In this document: piece by piece, positions 1 to 9,227 of the stretch | Layout of the letters: every line of letters begins with the position of its first letter | How positions within the stretch are numbered: position 1 is the stretch's first letter | From: Wolbachia endosymbiont of Drosophila innubila | Lineage (GTDB): Bacteria > Pseudomonadota > Alphaproteobacteria > Rickettsiales > Anaplasmataceae | DNA: 32,000 nt | Direction: 5' to 3' | Assembly (NCBI RefSeq): GCF_021378375.1 | Contig: NZ_CP076228.1 | Location: forward strand, 840,001-872,000 | Notes under the pieces: generated by a model | Told to the model about the DNA's origin: nothing | Databases searched by the model: none | What the model saw: the letters and a program-made list of their open reading frames with translations, nothing else | Program-made: the position numbers and the translations under genes

Positions 1-18
1 ACATCAAATAGATGTGTT

Positions 19-999
19 TTAACTTAATCCAACTTTTAAATTTTTCGCTGTTAGTACTAATGATTCATTAAAGAAGCTGTCAATATCACCAATACTATCT
101 ATATTTTTTGTACTGATAGATTGGTCAATTCTTTTGACCAAATTAGATAAAACTTTATTAGGGCCAATTTCAACAAATTTGTTAATGCCACGGCTTGACA
201 TATACAAAACCATTTCTCTCCATTTCACTCTGCTTACAACTTGCTTGGGGAGTAAAGTTTTTATAACTTTGGGATCACTCTCCTCTTTAGCTGTAACATT
301 TGATATCAAAGGAACTATAGGACGGGTTATTTTAATACCCTTCAAAAACTCCAAAACTTTTTCATCAGCAGGTTTCATAAGAGATGAATGAAAAGGCCCA
401 CTAACCTGTAATTTAATTAGTTTCCTCACACTCGAGTTTTTGAATAAATCGGGTAACATTTCAAGAGCTTCTCTAGTGCCACTTATAACCACTTGTCCGC
501 CACCGTTATCGTTTGCAATTTCACAAATTCCGTCAATTTGAACTGATTTCAATATATCTTCCACTTCATTTATCTCTGCTCCAAGCAACGCAACCATTCC
601 GCCTTTACATTTCAGTGAAGCTTCATGCATTGCTTCGCTGCGAACTTTCAGCAGCTTGATTGCAGACTCAAGCGTTAACGCTCCTGCAGCACACAGCGCT
701 GTATATTCGCCAACTGAATGCCCACAAACATATTTAACATTGTGATCAGTGAAAAGAGATTTGCCAAACACATGCTCCATAACACGTAGCATTGCAATTG
801 ATACTGCCATTATAGCTGGCTGAGCGTTTTCTGTAATGGTTAATTCTTCAATAGGACCGTTGAAGATTAAATGAGACAGCTTTCCATCCAATATGCTATC
901 TACTTCATTAAATACTTGTCTTGCAACAGAAAACTCACTACATAAGCTCTTTCCCATTCCTACAAACTGAGAGCCCTGACCGGGGAAAGCAAAAATCAT
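19..999 (-). CDS. fabD: malonyl CoA-acyl carrier protein transacylase
   Basis: 326-aa ORF with N-terminal FPGQGSQ motif and GHSVGE nucleophile elbow typical of FabD; ATG at 999. Confidence 0.9.
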   Translation of the reverse strand: MIFAFPGQGSQFVGMGKSLCSEFSVARQVFNEVDSILDGKLSHLIFNGPIEELTITENAQPAIMAVSIAMLRVMEHVFGKSLFTDHNVKYVCGHSVGEYTALCAAGALTLESAIKLLKVRSEAMHEASLKCKGGMVALLGAEINEVEDILKSVQIDGICEIANDNGGGQVVISGTREALEMLPDLFKNSSVRKLIKLQVSGPFHSSLMKPADEKVLEFLKGIKITRPIVPLISNVTAKEESDPKVIKTLLPKQVVSRVKWREMVLYMSSRGINKFVEIGPNKVLSNLVKRIDQSISTKNIDSIGDIDSFFNESLVLTAKNLKVGLS

Positions 1000-1069
1000 G
1001 ATAGTTATTATTTATTCCTTATTAAATATACTACTTTATTTATTTTTTGTCAATATTTTAGAATAATGA

Positions 1070-1098
1070 TTGACTTAGTGAATTAAGTTCACTAGAAT
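1070..1098 (+). promoter_or_regulatory. sigma70-like promoter upstream of rpmE
   Basis: TTGACT (1070-1075), 17-nt spacer, TAGAAT (1093-1098), about 30 nt before the rpmE ATG. The spacer holds a small palindrome GTGAA..TTCAC. Confidence 0.35.
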
Positions 1099-1127
1099 AT
1101 TAGCTGACTAAAAGTTTATAAACAACA

Positions 1128-1331
1128 ATGAATTATCATAAAATTATTATAGTTATGACAGACGGTCAAGAGTTTGAAACTCGTTCCACTTATGGAAAGG
1201 AGGGAGATAGGGTAAAACTTGATAGAGATCCTCTTACTCACCCTGCATGGACTGGAAGTTTGACAAGCGGGTTAACAAGTAAAACTAGCAAATTAGCTAA
1301 GTTTAACGGTAAATATGGAAGCATTTTCTAA
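1128..1331 (+). CDS. rpmE: 50S ribosomal protein L31
   Basis: 67-aa ORF with typical L31 size and pattern (short N-terminal beta region, DxxxHPxxTG-like segment THPAWTG). Confidence 0.85.
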   Translation: MNYHKIIIVMTDGQEFETRSTYGKEGDRVKLDRDPLTHPAWTGSLTSGLTSKTSKLAKFNGKYGSIF

Positions 1332-1369
1332 TTCTCCTCCTCTTTAAGTTTTAGAGAGTTTACTGAAGC

Positions 1370-2164
1370 ATGCATAAATACAAAAATATAGGCTATGTTG
1401 CTTTTCCATCACCAAAATCGCAGGAAGTATCTAAACTATTAAAGAAACTTAATTTTATCAATATAACAGAAGAAAATAAGTCCGAAATCGATCTATTGAT
1501 AGTTGTTGGCGGTGATGGCTTTATGCTACGCACTTTGCACAATTACGTCATAGAAAATAAAAACATGCATGTGTATGGGATAAACACTGGCAATGTTGGG
1601 TTTTTGATGAATAAATGCTTTAGCTGCAGTGAAGATTTAATTGATCATATAGAGCATGCAACTTCAACTCAGTTAACTTTGCTAAAAATGGAAGCAACAG
1701 ACACAAGTGGCAAGAGATATCATTACATAGCAGTAAACGAAGTATACGTTTTTAGAAAAGCGAACCAAATAGTAGAGATGAATATTACTATTAATGATAA
1801 GCTAAAAGTAGAAAAATTTAGAGGGGACGGAGTAATATTATCTACCCCCACAGGCAGCACTGCATACAACTTCTCTGCCGGTGGCCCAATCTTGCCGCTA
1901 AATTCAAATTTACTTGCACTCACTTCTATCAATAGCTATTACCCAAGGCATTGGAATGGAGCGTTAATATCAAACGATACAATCGTACAAATTGACATTA
2001 ACGACACAAAAAACCGTCCAGCACTTGTAGTATCAGATTACAAGGAGTTTCATAATATATCACAGATAAAAATACAAAAAGACCACGAAAACACAATAAC
2101 TTTGCTTTTTGACAAAGATTACCCTCTGAATGAAAGAATCTTTGATAGACAATTTCTATACTAA
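1370..2164 (+). CDS. nadK: NAD kinase
   Basis: 264-aa ORF with GGDGFMLR and TPTGSTAY motifs characteristic of NAD+ kinase (PpnK). Confidence 0.85.
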   Translation: MHKYKNIGYVAFPSPKSQEVSKLLKKLNFINITEENKSEIDLLIVVGGDGFMLRTLHNYVIENKNMHVYGINTGNVGFLMNKCFSCSEDLIDHIEHATSTQLTLLKMEATDTSGKRYHYIAVNEVYVFRKANQIVEMNITINDKLKVEKFRGDGVILSTPTGSTAYNFSAGGPILPLNSNLLALTSINSYYPRHWNGALISNDTIVQIDINDTKNRPALVVSDYKEFHNISQIKIQKDHENTITLLFDKDYPLNERIFDRQFLY

Positions 2165-2247
2165 TAATTATCCGTAAATTGGTATTTACTATATCTTAAT
2201 AATTATAGCGTAATCAATGCAGCATAGTAATTAATTTTGGAGTGAAT

Positions 2248-3594
2248 ATGCCTGGACCAGTAAATGAAGAACAAACAGTAACATTAATTTCTTCCACATC
2301 AATAAGTGAAGATGACAAGATAACACCAGGAATTTTACCAACACCAGCACTTAGGACAAGTACTCCGAAAAAAAATGATGAAAATACAGCTTTAGAAGCT
2401 TTGTTAGAGGAAGAATTTAAAGAGAAAAAAAACAGCAATGCTAATTCAAGAGATCCGTTAACTCTTGAGATTCAAGTATCACCTCCTTCCCTAGAAGAAA
2501 CAAAAGGTGAAGAAACTCATGTTGACGTGCCACAAAATTCAACTCTAAGCAGATCCCCTTCTCAAGAGACAGTATTTGATGATCCTGATAAAACATTTAC
2601 ACGGTTAAGCAGAGAATCAAGTAACAAACTTAGCAATGTACCTTCAACTTCTCCACCATCATATAAGACAGATGACTCTGAAGAGTCTTTGTCACTAAAT
2701 TCTGATGTAGGTGGCACAACAAATAAAAAAACAAACAGATTCTTGCCAAGAGCAAAGTATTCCATGCAGCAGAAGGGCTTTATAATTTTTACTGCAAGTG
2801 CTATTATACTCAGTATATCTGCAGCTTTATTATATTTACAAGATAAAGCAAAATTTATTGCATTTTTTACAAACAGCCCAAAATATATCACTATACCAGT
2901 TATCGCACTTGCTGCATTGCTTGCAATTGGTCCAATATTTTTTGCAACAAGGCAATTTATAGATACTGAAGAACATTCCATTCAAAAAAAAGATGCGGAT
3001 AAAATTTTAGCTGAGGTGTTGGAGCACCAGCCAAAAGATAAAGCTATAAAATCTGTAAGACTGGAATATAGCAATAGCACTCATTCAAATTTTGTACTTA
3101 ATGCTTGGGAAGCTAAACAAGGCTTCACTAACATTGACGAAAAAGTAATTACTAGAACTAATAAAATAAAATCAGTAATTAACGACAGACCAATATTTAC
3201 TGCATTATTTACTGGTGTAGTTGCTGCAAATATAGCGTTTCCTCTAGGGCTACTTGCAACACATGGTGTTAATGGTGTACAAAAATTTTACCAAAACCCT
3301 TTGACTAATAACATAGGATTATCATTACTTATAGGTTCTGGTATACTTGCATTATCAATTATATGTCTTGGCGTGCATTATTATAGAAAAATAAATTGCA
3401 CTAACCTTATATATTCTGAAGAAGAGATTGATCCTAAAGATGTTAATGGGAAATTCATTGAGGAAATAAAACGAGAAAGAACAAATGTTCTTGGGGAAAA
3501 TCACAATAAAGACGCTAAACGCAGCAGCTTAACGCTTGAGCAAGTTGTGGTTCAATCTCATAATTGTAAGGATATTGTTTATAGTGTCGGTTAA
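2248..3594 (+). CDS. hypothetical membrane protein: long S/T/P/E-rich N-terminus plus two pairs of transmembrane helices
   Basis: Long uninterrupted ORF. The track starts at GTG 2242; ATG at 2248 is more likely. Residues 1-178 are hydrophilic and low complexity. Hydrophobic helices lie at about aa 179-199, 216-236, 317-339 and 357-379. I recognise no family. Confidence 0.6.
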   Translation: MPGPVNEEQTVTLISSTSISEDDKITPGILPTPALRTSTPKKNDENTALEALLEEEFKEKKNSNANSRDPLTLEIQVSPPSLEETKGEETHVDVPQNSTLSRSPSQETVFDDPDKTFTRLSRESSNKLSNVPSTSPPSYKTDDSEESLSLNSDVGGTTNKKTNRFLPRAKYSMQQKGFIIFTASAIILSISAALLYLQDKAKFIAFFTNSPKYITIPVIALAALLAIGPIFFATRQFIDTEEHSIQKKDADKILAEVLEHQPKDKAIKSVRLEYSNSTHSNFVLNAWEAKQGFTNIDEKVITRTNKIKSVINDRPIFTALFTGVVAANIAFPLGLLATHGVNGVQKFYQNPLTNNIGLSLLIGSGILALSIICLGVHYYRKINCTNLIYSEEEIDPKDVNGKFIEEIKRERTNVLGENHNKDAKRSSLTLEQVVVQSHNCKDIVYSVG

Positions 3595-3620
3595 TAAAAT
3601 GCATGATATAGCTAGTGCAG

Positions 3621-3748
3621 CCCTACGTCATACCGCTGCAGACCGTCATACCGCGATTCATTCGCGGTATCTCTAGATCCCGCTAGCACGTAGCGGGATG
3701 ACGATTGTCAGGGTAGCACCTCCCTCCCCTGTCATCCAAGTAGCTGAC
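3621..3748. repeat. cluster of short palindromic (REP-like) hairpin modules
   Basis: Hairpins ACCGCGATTCATTCGCGGT and CCCGCTAGCACGTAGCGGG, each followed by GATGAC-type tails. The same modules recur at 6162-6525 and 12650-12719. Confidence 0.7.
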
Positions 3749-3834
3749 TGACCTTACCCAGAAAAAGTGGAGAGAAAGTTTGGAATGTTTTTCACAAAGA
3801 GAATGATGAATCAAAATGCTCAGGAATGCAATAG

Positions 3835-4698
3835 TTAATAGTGACGTTGTTTGTTATAAAAAATTTCTATGTATTCAAATATTGCAGTTCTAGTTTGTTG
3901 AGCAGAGTGTTGTGAAGTATCAATAAGTATTTCTCTTTTCAATGAGCTAAAGAAGCTTTCCACAACAGAATTGTCGTAACAACAACCTTTATGACTCATC
4001 TATGTTTTTATGGATAAGAGATATTGATAACCTTGCGAAGTATATTGTGAACCTTGATCACTATGTAATAGTAGATTTTGGCAGGTTTACGCTTGTTAAC
4101 GGCCATTAATAAAGAGTCCATAACCAATTGTTTATTTATTGAACTGCTCATTAACTACCATGCGTGAATATAGATCGATTATTGTTGCCAAATATAGCCA
4201 TCCTTCTTTGGTTTTTATATAAGTAATCCCATACTTTATTTGGTTGATCAACAATAAAGTTTTGATCTAGTATATTGGGAGCTACAGCTCTATTATCTGT
4301 TTGTTGTTTTTTAATTTTAAACTTTCTTTTCAGTATAGCCCTGATGTCATTTTTCTGCATAATACTTTGCACCGTTTTCAAATTGCAACTTTTACCCAAA
4401 GCCTTCAATTCAGCATGAATTTTAGGAGCTCCATATCTACATTTAGAAACTTGATATATTTTTGAATAGCTGCGAGTAGCTCTTTATTTGCTGATTCTCT
4501 ACTGCTTATTTTTCTTGTGGTCCACTTATAGTAGCCACTAGCAGAAAATCCTACATAATTCCTGTACTTTATAGCAGTTACTATATAAAAAATATTTTAC
4601 TCTTTTTGACTGGCTAGGGCTTTTTTAAATGTCTCTTTCCCTTGTTACTCTTGCTTTGTAAATCAAACCTCTCTTTGTCGTAAGGAGCCATGTTACCT
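3835..4698 (-). pseudogene. IS3-family transposase OrfB, multiple frameshifts and stops
   Basis: Minus-strand translation across three frames gives HSDQGSQYTS, CCYDNSVVESFFSSLKRE and IFEYIEIFYNKQRHY, the conserved IS3 DDE-region motifs, interrupted by several stops. Confidence 0.75.
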
Positions 4699-4881
4699 CT
4701 ACCTGGAAATGCATCTGCTGCCGACTTTTTTTCGTTGTGTTTCTTTTATCCATTTTCCTAATAAACCACCCTTTATTCCTAAATCCTTTGCTATTTTTGT
4801 AATTGTTTGACCTGCCTTTCTTTGTTCATTTGCCAGTTTAACAGCTTCCAATTTGAATTCTGCCGTATATTCTCTTGCCAT
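4699..4881 (-). CDS. IS3-family transposase OrfA (HTH) remnant
   Basis: 60-aa ORF MAREYTAEFKLEAVKL..., the typical IS3/IS911 OrfA N-terminus. It ends near an A7 run where the OrfAB frameshift normally occurs. Confidence 0.6.
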   Translation of the reverse strand: MAREYTAEFKLEAVKLANEQRKAGQTITKIAKDLGIKGGLLGKWIKETQRKKVGSRCISR

Positions 4882-4954
4882 TTCTAATCCTCCAAAATTT
4901 TATTTTACCCAAAAAAACTCTTTTCTTTCTCTCCACTTTTTCTGGGTAAGGTCA

Positions 4955-5665
4955 GTCTGTCCAGGTTCCAAGATCGGTGTCAAAAATTGCTCAAACCATC
5001 CATTAAAAACATCCATATTACAGTGGCCTTCAAAGGTTAACGGAACAACTATCTTTCTTCCACTTAAGGCTGCAACCATACTGATTCGTTGAGTTTTCTT
5101 TCCAGATTTTAAGGCATAAAACCGCTGTCCTTTCTGGCAATATCCGTAGTTCGGTGTTATCAATGCCAGACTCATCTATATACACTAAGTTTTTAGGTTC
5201 TTTTGTCGCTATAATTTTCAAAAATTCAGCACGTTTTTCTTCGTTTCTTTCCTTGTATCCATATGTCTTTTTTTGCGCGTAAATCCAATTTTTTTAAGGG
5301 CTCGATAGATCGTTTGGATACTAACGTTGTTCCAAAGTTTAGCCATTTCCGATAGAGTCTTTCCTCCGTGTTCTCTGGCAAATTTGGCAAAGGTATCCCA
5401 GTCGGTAATTTTGTGATTGTAACCCCCATTTCCAAGTTTTTTTGATTGAAAGTCTCCTGTTTCTTTTCTTCTTTGCTGCCACTCCCATAAAGTAGTTCGT
5501 CCAATCTTAAATCTTGCTGCCACTGTTTCTCTGCTTTCTCCTTCGTCTAGCGCTTCCATTGCTTTTTTTCTTAAATCATAACTATATGCTGCTGGCATTC
5601 AACCTCCTTATCATCATCTACCCTTATCCTATCACATCCGGACTTTTATGGAAAGAGCTATATTT
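4955..5665 (-). mobile_element. IS630-family element, 3'-truncated by the IS3 insertion or deletion
   Basis: HTH-containing N-terminal ORF (5598-5218), then frameshifted pieces with VYIDESG and GRKIVVPLTFEGHCN...LEPGQT. The ORF stops being IS630-like exactly at the IS3 terminus (4957/4958). The outer boundary near 5665 is approximate. Confidence 0.65.
4958..5598 (-). pseudogene. IS630-family transposase, frameshifted and truncated
   Basis: Three overlapping ORF pieces in different frames (5218-5598, 5030-5221, 4900-5175). The C-terminal part of the DDE domain is missing. Confidence 0.7.
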
Positions 5666-5684
5666 TTATCAATTCTGCAATCAT

Positions 5685-6068
5685 TTATCTTAATATTAAG
5701 TTTCTTTTGATGCTTGTGAATAGCTGCAAATCTCTTCCTATTTGTTGCAAATACCCTTTTATAAACCCGACTGTTTGTCTTAAACCAATTCTAAAGAAAC
5801 TGACGATTATATGCACCAAAATCACAACTTTATCACTATAAATATAGTTGCCGCCCTGCATTTTTGGACAATTCTCGTACCAATTTTCTATGGCGTCATT
5901 GATATAACAAAAAATGCTTCCTCTTTCTTGGAGAAATTTGTTATATTCATGGCAGTTACTGACTCTCATTTTTTGTGGCATATTTTTTCTTCAACAGTTA
6001 AATGGCTATTTATAATGAATTTTGTCAGTAACTGCCAGTTCTTTTCACTTGAGCGATGCAACAAAGCC
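5685..6068 (-). mobile_element. IS5-family (IS903-group-like) 5' fragment
   Basis: Terminal repeat GGCTTTGTTGCATCGCTC (reverse complement of 6051-6068) resembles the IS903 IR GGCTTTGTTGAAT. The 98-aa ORF MPQKMRVSNCHEYNKFLQERGS... is a typical IS5/IS903 transposase N-terminus. The rest of the element is absent. Confidence 0.65.
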
Positions 6069-6161
6069 CACTGGGATCCAGGAAAGTTTGCTTGTAAGCA
6101 AGCAAACTAGCATGGAAAGTTTATACTAAATGAATGTTTTTGATGAGGTTGCACAGAAGCT

Positions 6162-6525
6162 GGATCCCAGTGTCAAGCACTGGGATGACATCATCCTTTT
6201 TTGGATTCCAAACTGGAATGACAGCAGTCCTACGTCATACCGCCGCGGTATTTCCAGATCCCGCTAACACGTAGCGGGATGATGGTTGTCAGGGTGTTGT
6301 CCAAGTAGCCTCCTTCTTCTGTTATCCAAGTAGCCTCTTTCTTGTCATCCCAGTGCCCAGACACTGGGATCCAGGAAACTTAACTTTACACCAGGTAATA
6401 AGAACTGGATTCCAGCGTCACGCGCTGGAATGACAGCAGTCCTACGTCATACCGCGATTCATTCGCGGTATCTCAGCCGCTAACAAGAGATCCCGCTAAC
6501 AAGCAGCGGGATGACGGTTGTCGTT
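6162..6525. repeat. cluster of palindromic (REP-like) hairpin modules
   Basis: At least six hairpins (CCCAGTG..CACTGGG twice, CCAGCG..CGCTGG, ACCGCG..CGCGGT, CCCGCTA..TAGCGGG twice), mostly followed by GGATGAC or GAATGAC. Confidence 0.7.
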
Positions 6526-6995
6526 TAGCCATAAATATTAAGAAATTTACCAAATGAAAAAAAGGCAAAAGAAGCCCCGTGGTTATTATCCGCTTTAAAA
6601 TATTGGCGTTTTTTATGTTTTAAACGCTTGACAAGCGAGATTCAGCCACTTTTAATTGCAACTAACCTACGCTGCAAATGTTTAAGAAATTTACTAAGCA
6701 GAAAAAAAGACAAAGAATCCCCGAGTTAGCTAGTCTTTTACTATCTCTGTCGAGTATTGGCATTTTTTGATGTCTTGTAACGCTTTATAAGCGCGTTCAG
6801 CTTATTTAGATAAAAATCTAGATGTAGATGAAGTTTTGTAAAGACATACAGTATCTATATACTGCAAAAAATTGAACATGAGACGCCGATACATTAAGTA
6901 ATCCTTACCTTTTAATCTGCAGATTGGCGAAAGCAAATACAATAGCTTCACTATCATGATAAGGGCGCTGGCGGAGTTTGTCAAGGGATTTTTGA
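6441..6995 (-). repeat. promoter-led repeat, copy 1 (left inverted arm)
   Basis: About 555 bp, reverse-complementary to 12169-12719 at roughly 96-97 percent identity by eye. The 170 bp after the promoter is nearly identical. Confidence 0.85.
6956..6984 (-). promoter_or_regulatory. sigma70-like promoter at the head of repeat copy 1
   Basis: On the minus strand: TTGACA (6984-6979), 17-nt spacer, TATCAT (6961-6956). Confidence 0.45.
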
Positions 6996-7017
6996 CGAAA
7001 TGATTTTGAAAGCAAAG

Positions 7018-7090
7018 AGCGGGAGAAGGGGTTCGAACCCTCGACCTCAACCTTGGCAAGGTTGCGCTCTACCAACTGAGCTACTCCCGC
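7018..7090 (-). tRNA. tRNA-Gly (GCC)
   Basis: Reverse complement GCGGGAGTAGCTCAGTTGGTAGAGCGCAACCTTGCCAAGGTTGAGGTCGAGGGTTCGAACCCCTTCTCCCGCT folds as a cloverleaf with anticodon loop TTGCCAA. CCA is not encoded. Confidence 0.9.
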
Positions 7091-7270
7091 AATTAAATTA
7101 ACCTAAATTTACTTAATTATAGGCATATACAGCGATTTGTAAACCCTGTGTACACGAAAAATGTGAGAGCCCATAAATTTGCGTGGTTCCTTCTATGATC
7201 TTTTCGTATACTTAAGACTCATTTTTGATTATCATAGGTTTTCAATTGTGCCAAAAAATGTATTAATTTT

Positions 7271-7891
7271 ATGGGAATATTTTTATATAAAGACGACTTG
7301 CCAGCTAGTTCAATACCAGATGATATAAGGTCTATAGCTGTTGATACCGAGGCAATGGGGCTACTTCATAGCAGAGATAGATTATGCCTTGTGCAGCTCT
7401 CTTTTAATGATGGCAACGCTCACTTAGTTCAACTCAAGAACGATTATACAGCGCCAAATTTAAGAAAAATATTAGAGGATAAAAATATAACTAAAATATT
7501 TCACTTCGCGCGATTTGATGTGAGCATAATACGTTATTACTTGGAAACTTGGGCACTTCCGTGCTATTGCACAAAGATAGCTTCACGTTTAGTTCGCACT
7601 TACACAGATAATCATAGCTTAAAAGAGTTGTGCTTAGAGCTGCTTGATACCAAACTAAATAAGCAGCAGCAATCTTCTGATTGGGGAAATGAAAATTTAA
7701 CAGACAAACAAAAAAGTTATGCTGCATCTGATGTTTTGTATCTCCACAGTATAAAGGAAAAGCTAGACTTAATGCTGGAGCGTGAAAATAGAAAAGAATT
7801 GGCCCAAAAGTGCTTTGAATTTCTTCCTACTCGTATTGAATTAGACTTAATGGGTTGGGAAAACGTGGATATCTTTAACCACCAGATGTAA
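7271..7891 (+). CDS. rnd: RNase D-like 3'-5' exonuclease (DEDD domain only)
   Basis: 206-aa ORF with DTEAMGL (Exo I), FHFARFD (Exo II-like) and YAASDVLYL (Exo III). It is too short to carry HRDC domains. Confidence 0.7.
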   Translation: MGIFLYKDDLPASSIPDDIRSIAVDTEAMGLLHSRDRLCLVQLSFNDGNAHLVQLKNDYTAPNLRKILEDKNITKIFHFARFDVSIIRYYLETWALPCYCTKIASRLVRTYTDNHSLKELCLELLDTKLNKQQQSSDWGNENLTDKQKSYAASDVLYLHSIKEKLDLMLERENRKELAQKCFEFLPTRIELDLMGWENVDIFNHQM

Positions 7892-7956
7892 TAGAAGTTT
7901 TTTGTTTGTGCAAAACACTTTAGGGCAATTTTTCAAGCTCTGCGGTAAGAATTTAG

Positions 7957-7986
7957 TTGATTAACTGCTAATAGATACGCTATATT
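7957..7986 (+). promoter_or_regulatory. possible promoter for trxA
   Basis: TTGATT (7957-7962), 18-nt spacer, TATATT (7981-7986), about 30 nt before the trxA ATG. Confidence 0.3.
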
Positions 7987-8018
7987 TTACAAGCAATCGT
8001 TTTAAGTTTAGGTATTTT

Positions 8019-8342
8019 ATGAGTGATGATATTACACCGGTAAATGATCAAAATTTCAAATCTGAAGTCACTGACTATAAAGGGTTTGTTCTGGTAGATT
8101 TTTGGGCAGAATGGTGTGGGCCATGTAAAAGTCTAATGCCGCGTATTGAACAGTTGGCTAAAGACAGAAAAGGCAAGATTAAGATCTGCAAGTTCGACAT
8201 AGATGAAGGGACTGAAGTGCCAAGTAAGTATGGGGTTCAATCTATACCTACTTTGATTATATTTCAAGATGGTAAGGAAATTGCACGCAAAATTGGTGCA
8301 ACAAATGATCTGCTAAGTTGGGTTGATAGTGAAATAAGCTAA
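8019..8342 (+). CDS. trxA: thioredoxin
   Basis: 107-aa ORF with the WCGPC active site in the canonical position. Confidence 0.92.
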   Translation: MSDDITPVNDQNFKSEVTDYKGFVLVDFWAEWCGPCKSLMPRIEQLAKDRKGKIKICKFDIDEGTEVPSKYGVQSIPTLIIFQDGKEIARKIGATNDLLSWVDSEIS

Positions 8343-8384
8343 TAGACAAATTTGCTTTTGTGTGTATTATAAATATTGATAAAA

Positions 8385-8461
8385 GGGATTGTAGCTCAGT
8401 CGGTTAGAGCAGTTCGCTCATAACGAATTGGCCGTAGGTTCGAGTCCTACCAATCCCACCA
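8385..8461 (+). tRNA. tRNA with CAT anticodon (elongator Met or lysidine-modified Ile2)
   Basis: GGGATTGTAGCTCAGTCGGTTAGAGCAGTTCGCTCATAACGAATTGGCCGTAGGTTCGAGTCCTACCAATCCCACCA. It has a cloverleaf with a G1-C72 pair and no three-GC anticodon stem, so it is not an initiator. A 3' CCA is present in the DNA. Confidence 0.85.
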
Positions 8462-8519
8462 TTGTTAGCATGATCGTAACAATGAGAAAACTATAGTATA
8501 TGAACTATATATTAATGTA

Positions 8520-9188
8520 ATGGGGGAAATGATGGAATTTACTAAGTCTCTAAATAACAAGTTAGATGAATTGCACTTACTAAATCATCCATTCTACCAA
8601 TCATGGAATACAGGAAGCTTAAGCTTGCAAGCTTTACAAACCTATGCTAAAAAATATTATCACCATGTTGCTGCGTTTCCTCGTTACATCAGTGGTATAC
8701 ATTTTCTGTGCCCAGATCTAAAAATGCGACAGGTTTTACTTGGTAATTTAATAGAAGAGGAACAAGGTGATGAAAATCATCCAGAGTTATGGAAACGTTT
8801 TGCTGAAGGGCTTGGCGTTGCGCGATCTGATCTTCGTGAAAGTGCACAGATTAAGGAGACACAAGAATTAATTGATGGTTACTTTGACATTGTAAGATCA
8901 GGTTTTGCAGCAGGTCTTGGAGCCTTGTACGCTTACGAACGTCAAACTCCAGAGGTTTCCAAGTCTAAAATTGAAGGTTTAAAAAAACACTATTCAATAA
9001 GTGATGAGCGTTCTCTTCAATTTTTTACGGTCCATATGCATGCTGATGAATGGCATTCTGAGGAATGTGCAAATCTTATTGAAGATCTAGATGAAAAAGA
9101 GCAAGATAAAGTTATGCAGGGTGCTCAAAAGGGAGCAAGGCTCTTGTGGGGTTTTCTTGATGGAATGATGAATGCTAGCGTGTGTTAG
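8520..9188 (+). CDS. CADD/PqqC-like di-iron oxygenase (CT610-type candidate p-aminobenzoate synthase)
   Basis: 222-aa ORF. HPFYQSWNTGSL, YAKKYYHHVAAFPRY, NLIEEE..HPELW and LYAYE match the Chlamydia CADD (CT610)/PqqC-TenA-like pattern as I remember it. It sits directly upstream of the fol genes. Confidence 0.7.
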   Translation: MGEMMEFTKSLNNKLDELHLLNHPFYQSWNTGSLSLQALQTYAKKYYHHVAAFPRYISGIHFLCPDLKMRQVLLGNLIEEEQGDENHPELWKRFAEGLGVARSDLRESAQIKETQELIDGYFDIVRSGFAAGLGALYAYERQTPEVSKSKIEGLKKHYSISDERSLQFFTVHMHADEWHSEECANLIEDLDEKEQDKVMQGAQKGARLLWGFLDGMMNASVC

Positions 9189-9227
9189 TAGTTGTAAGTA
9201 GCTCAAACTCAGTGATGTTGGAATGCA

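Larger units (their letters stand above)
3749..4954 (-). mobile_element. IS3-family insertion sequence, degraded
   Basis: Perfect 33-bp inverted repeats (3746-3778 and 4925-4957) whose core starts TGACCTTACCC and ends CA, as in IS3-family termini. OrfA is at 4881-4699 and a frameshifted, stop-riddled OrfB lies below it. Confidence 0.8.

Noticed and set aside
6802-7059. 85-aa ORF spanning repeat copy 1 and running into tRNA-Gly.
   Set aside because: It overlaps a bona fide tRNA gene and the promoter block. It is the mirror of the ORF at 12181-12363, whose frame is not conserved in copy 3.
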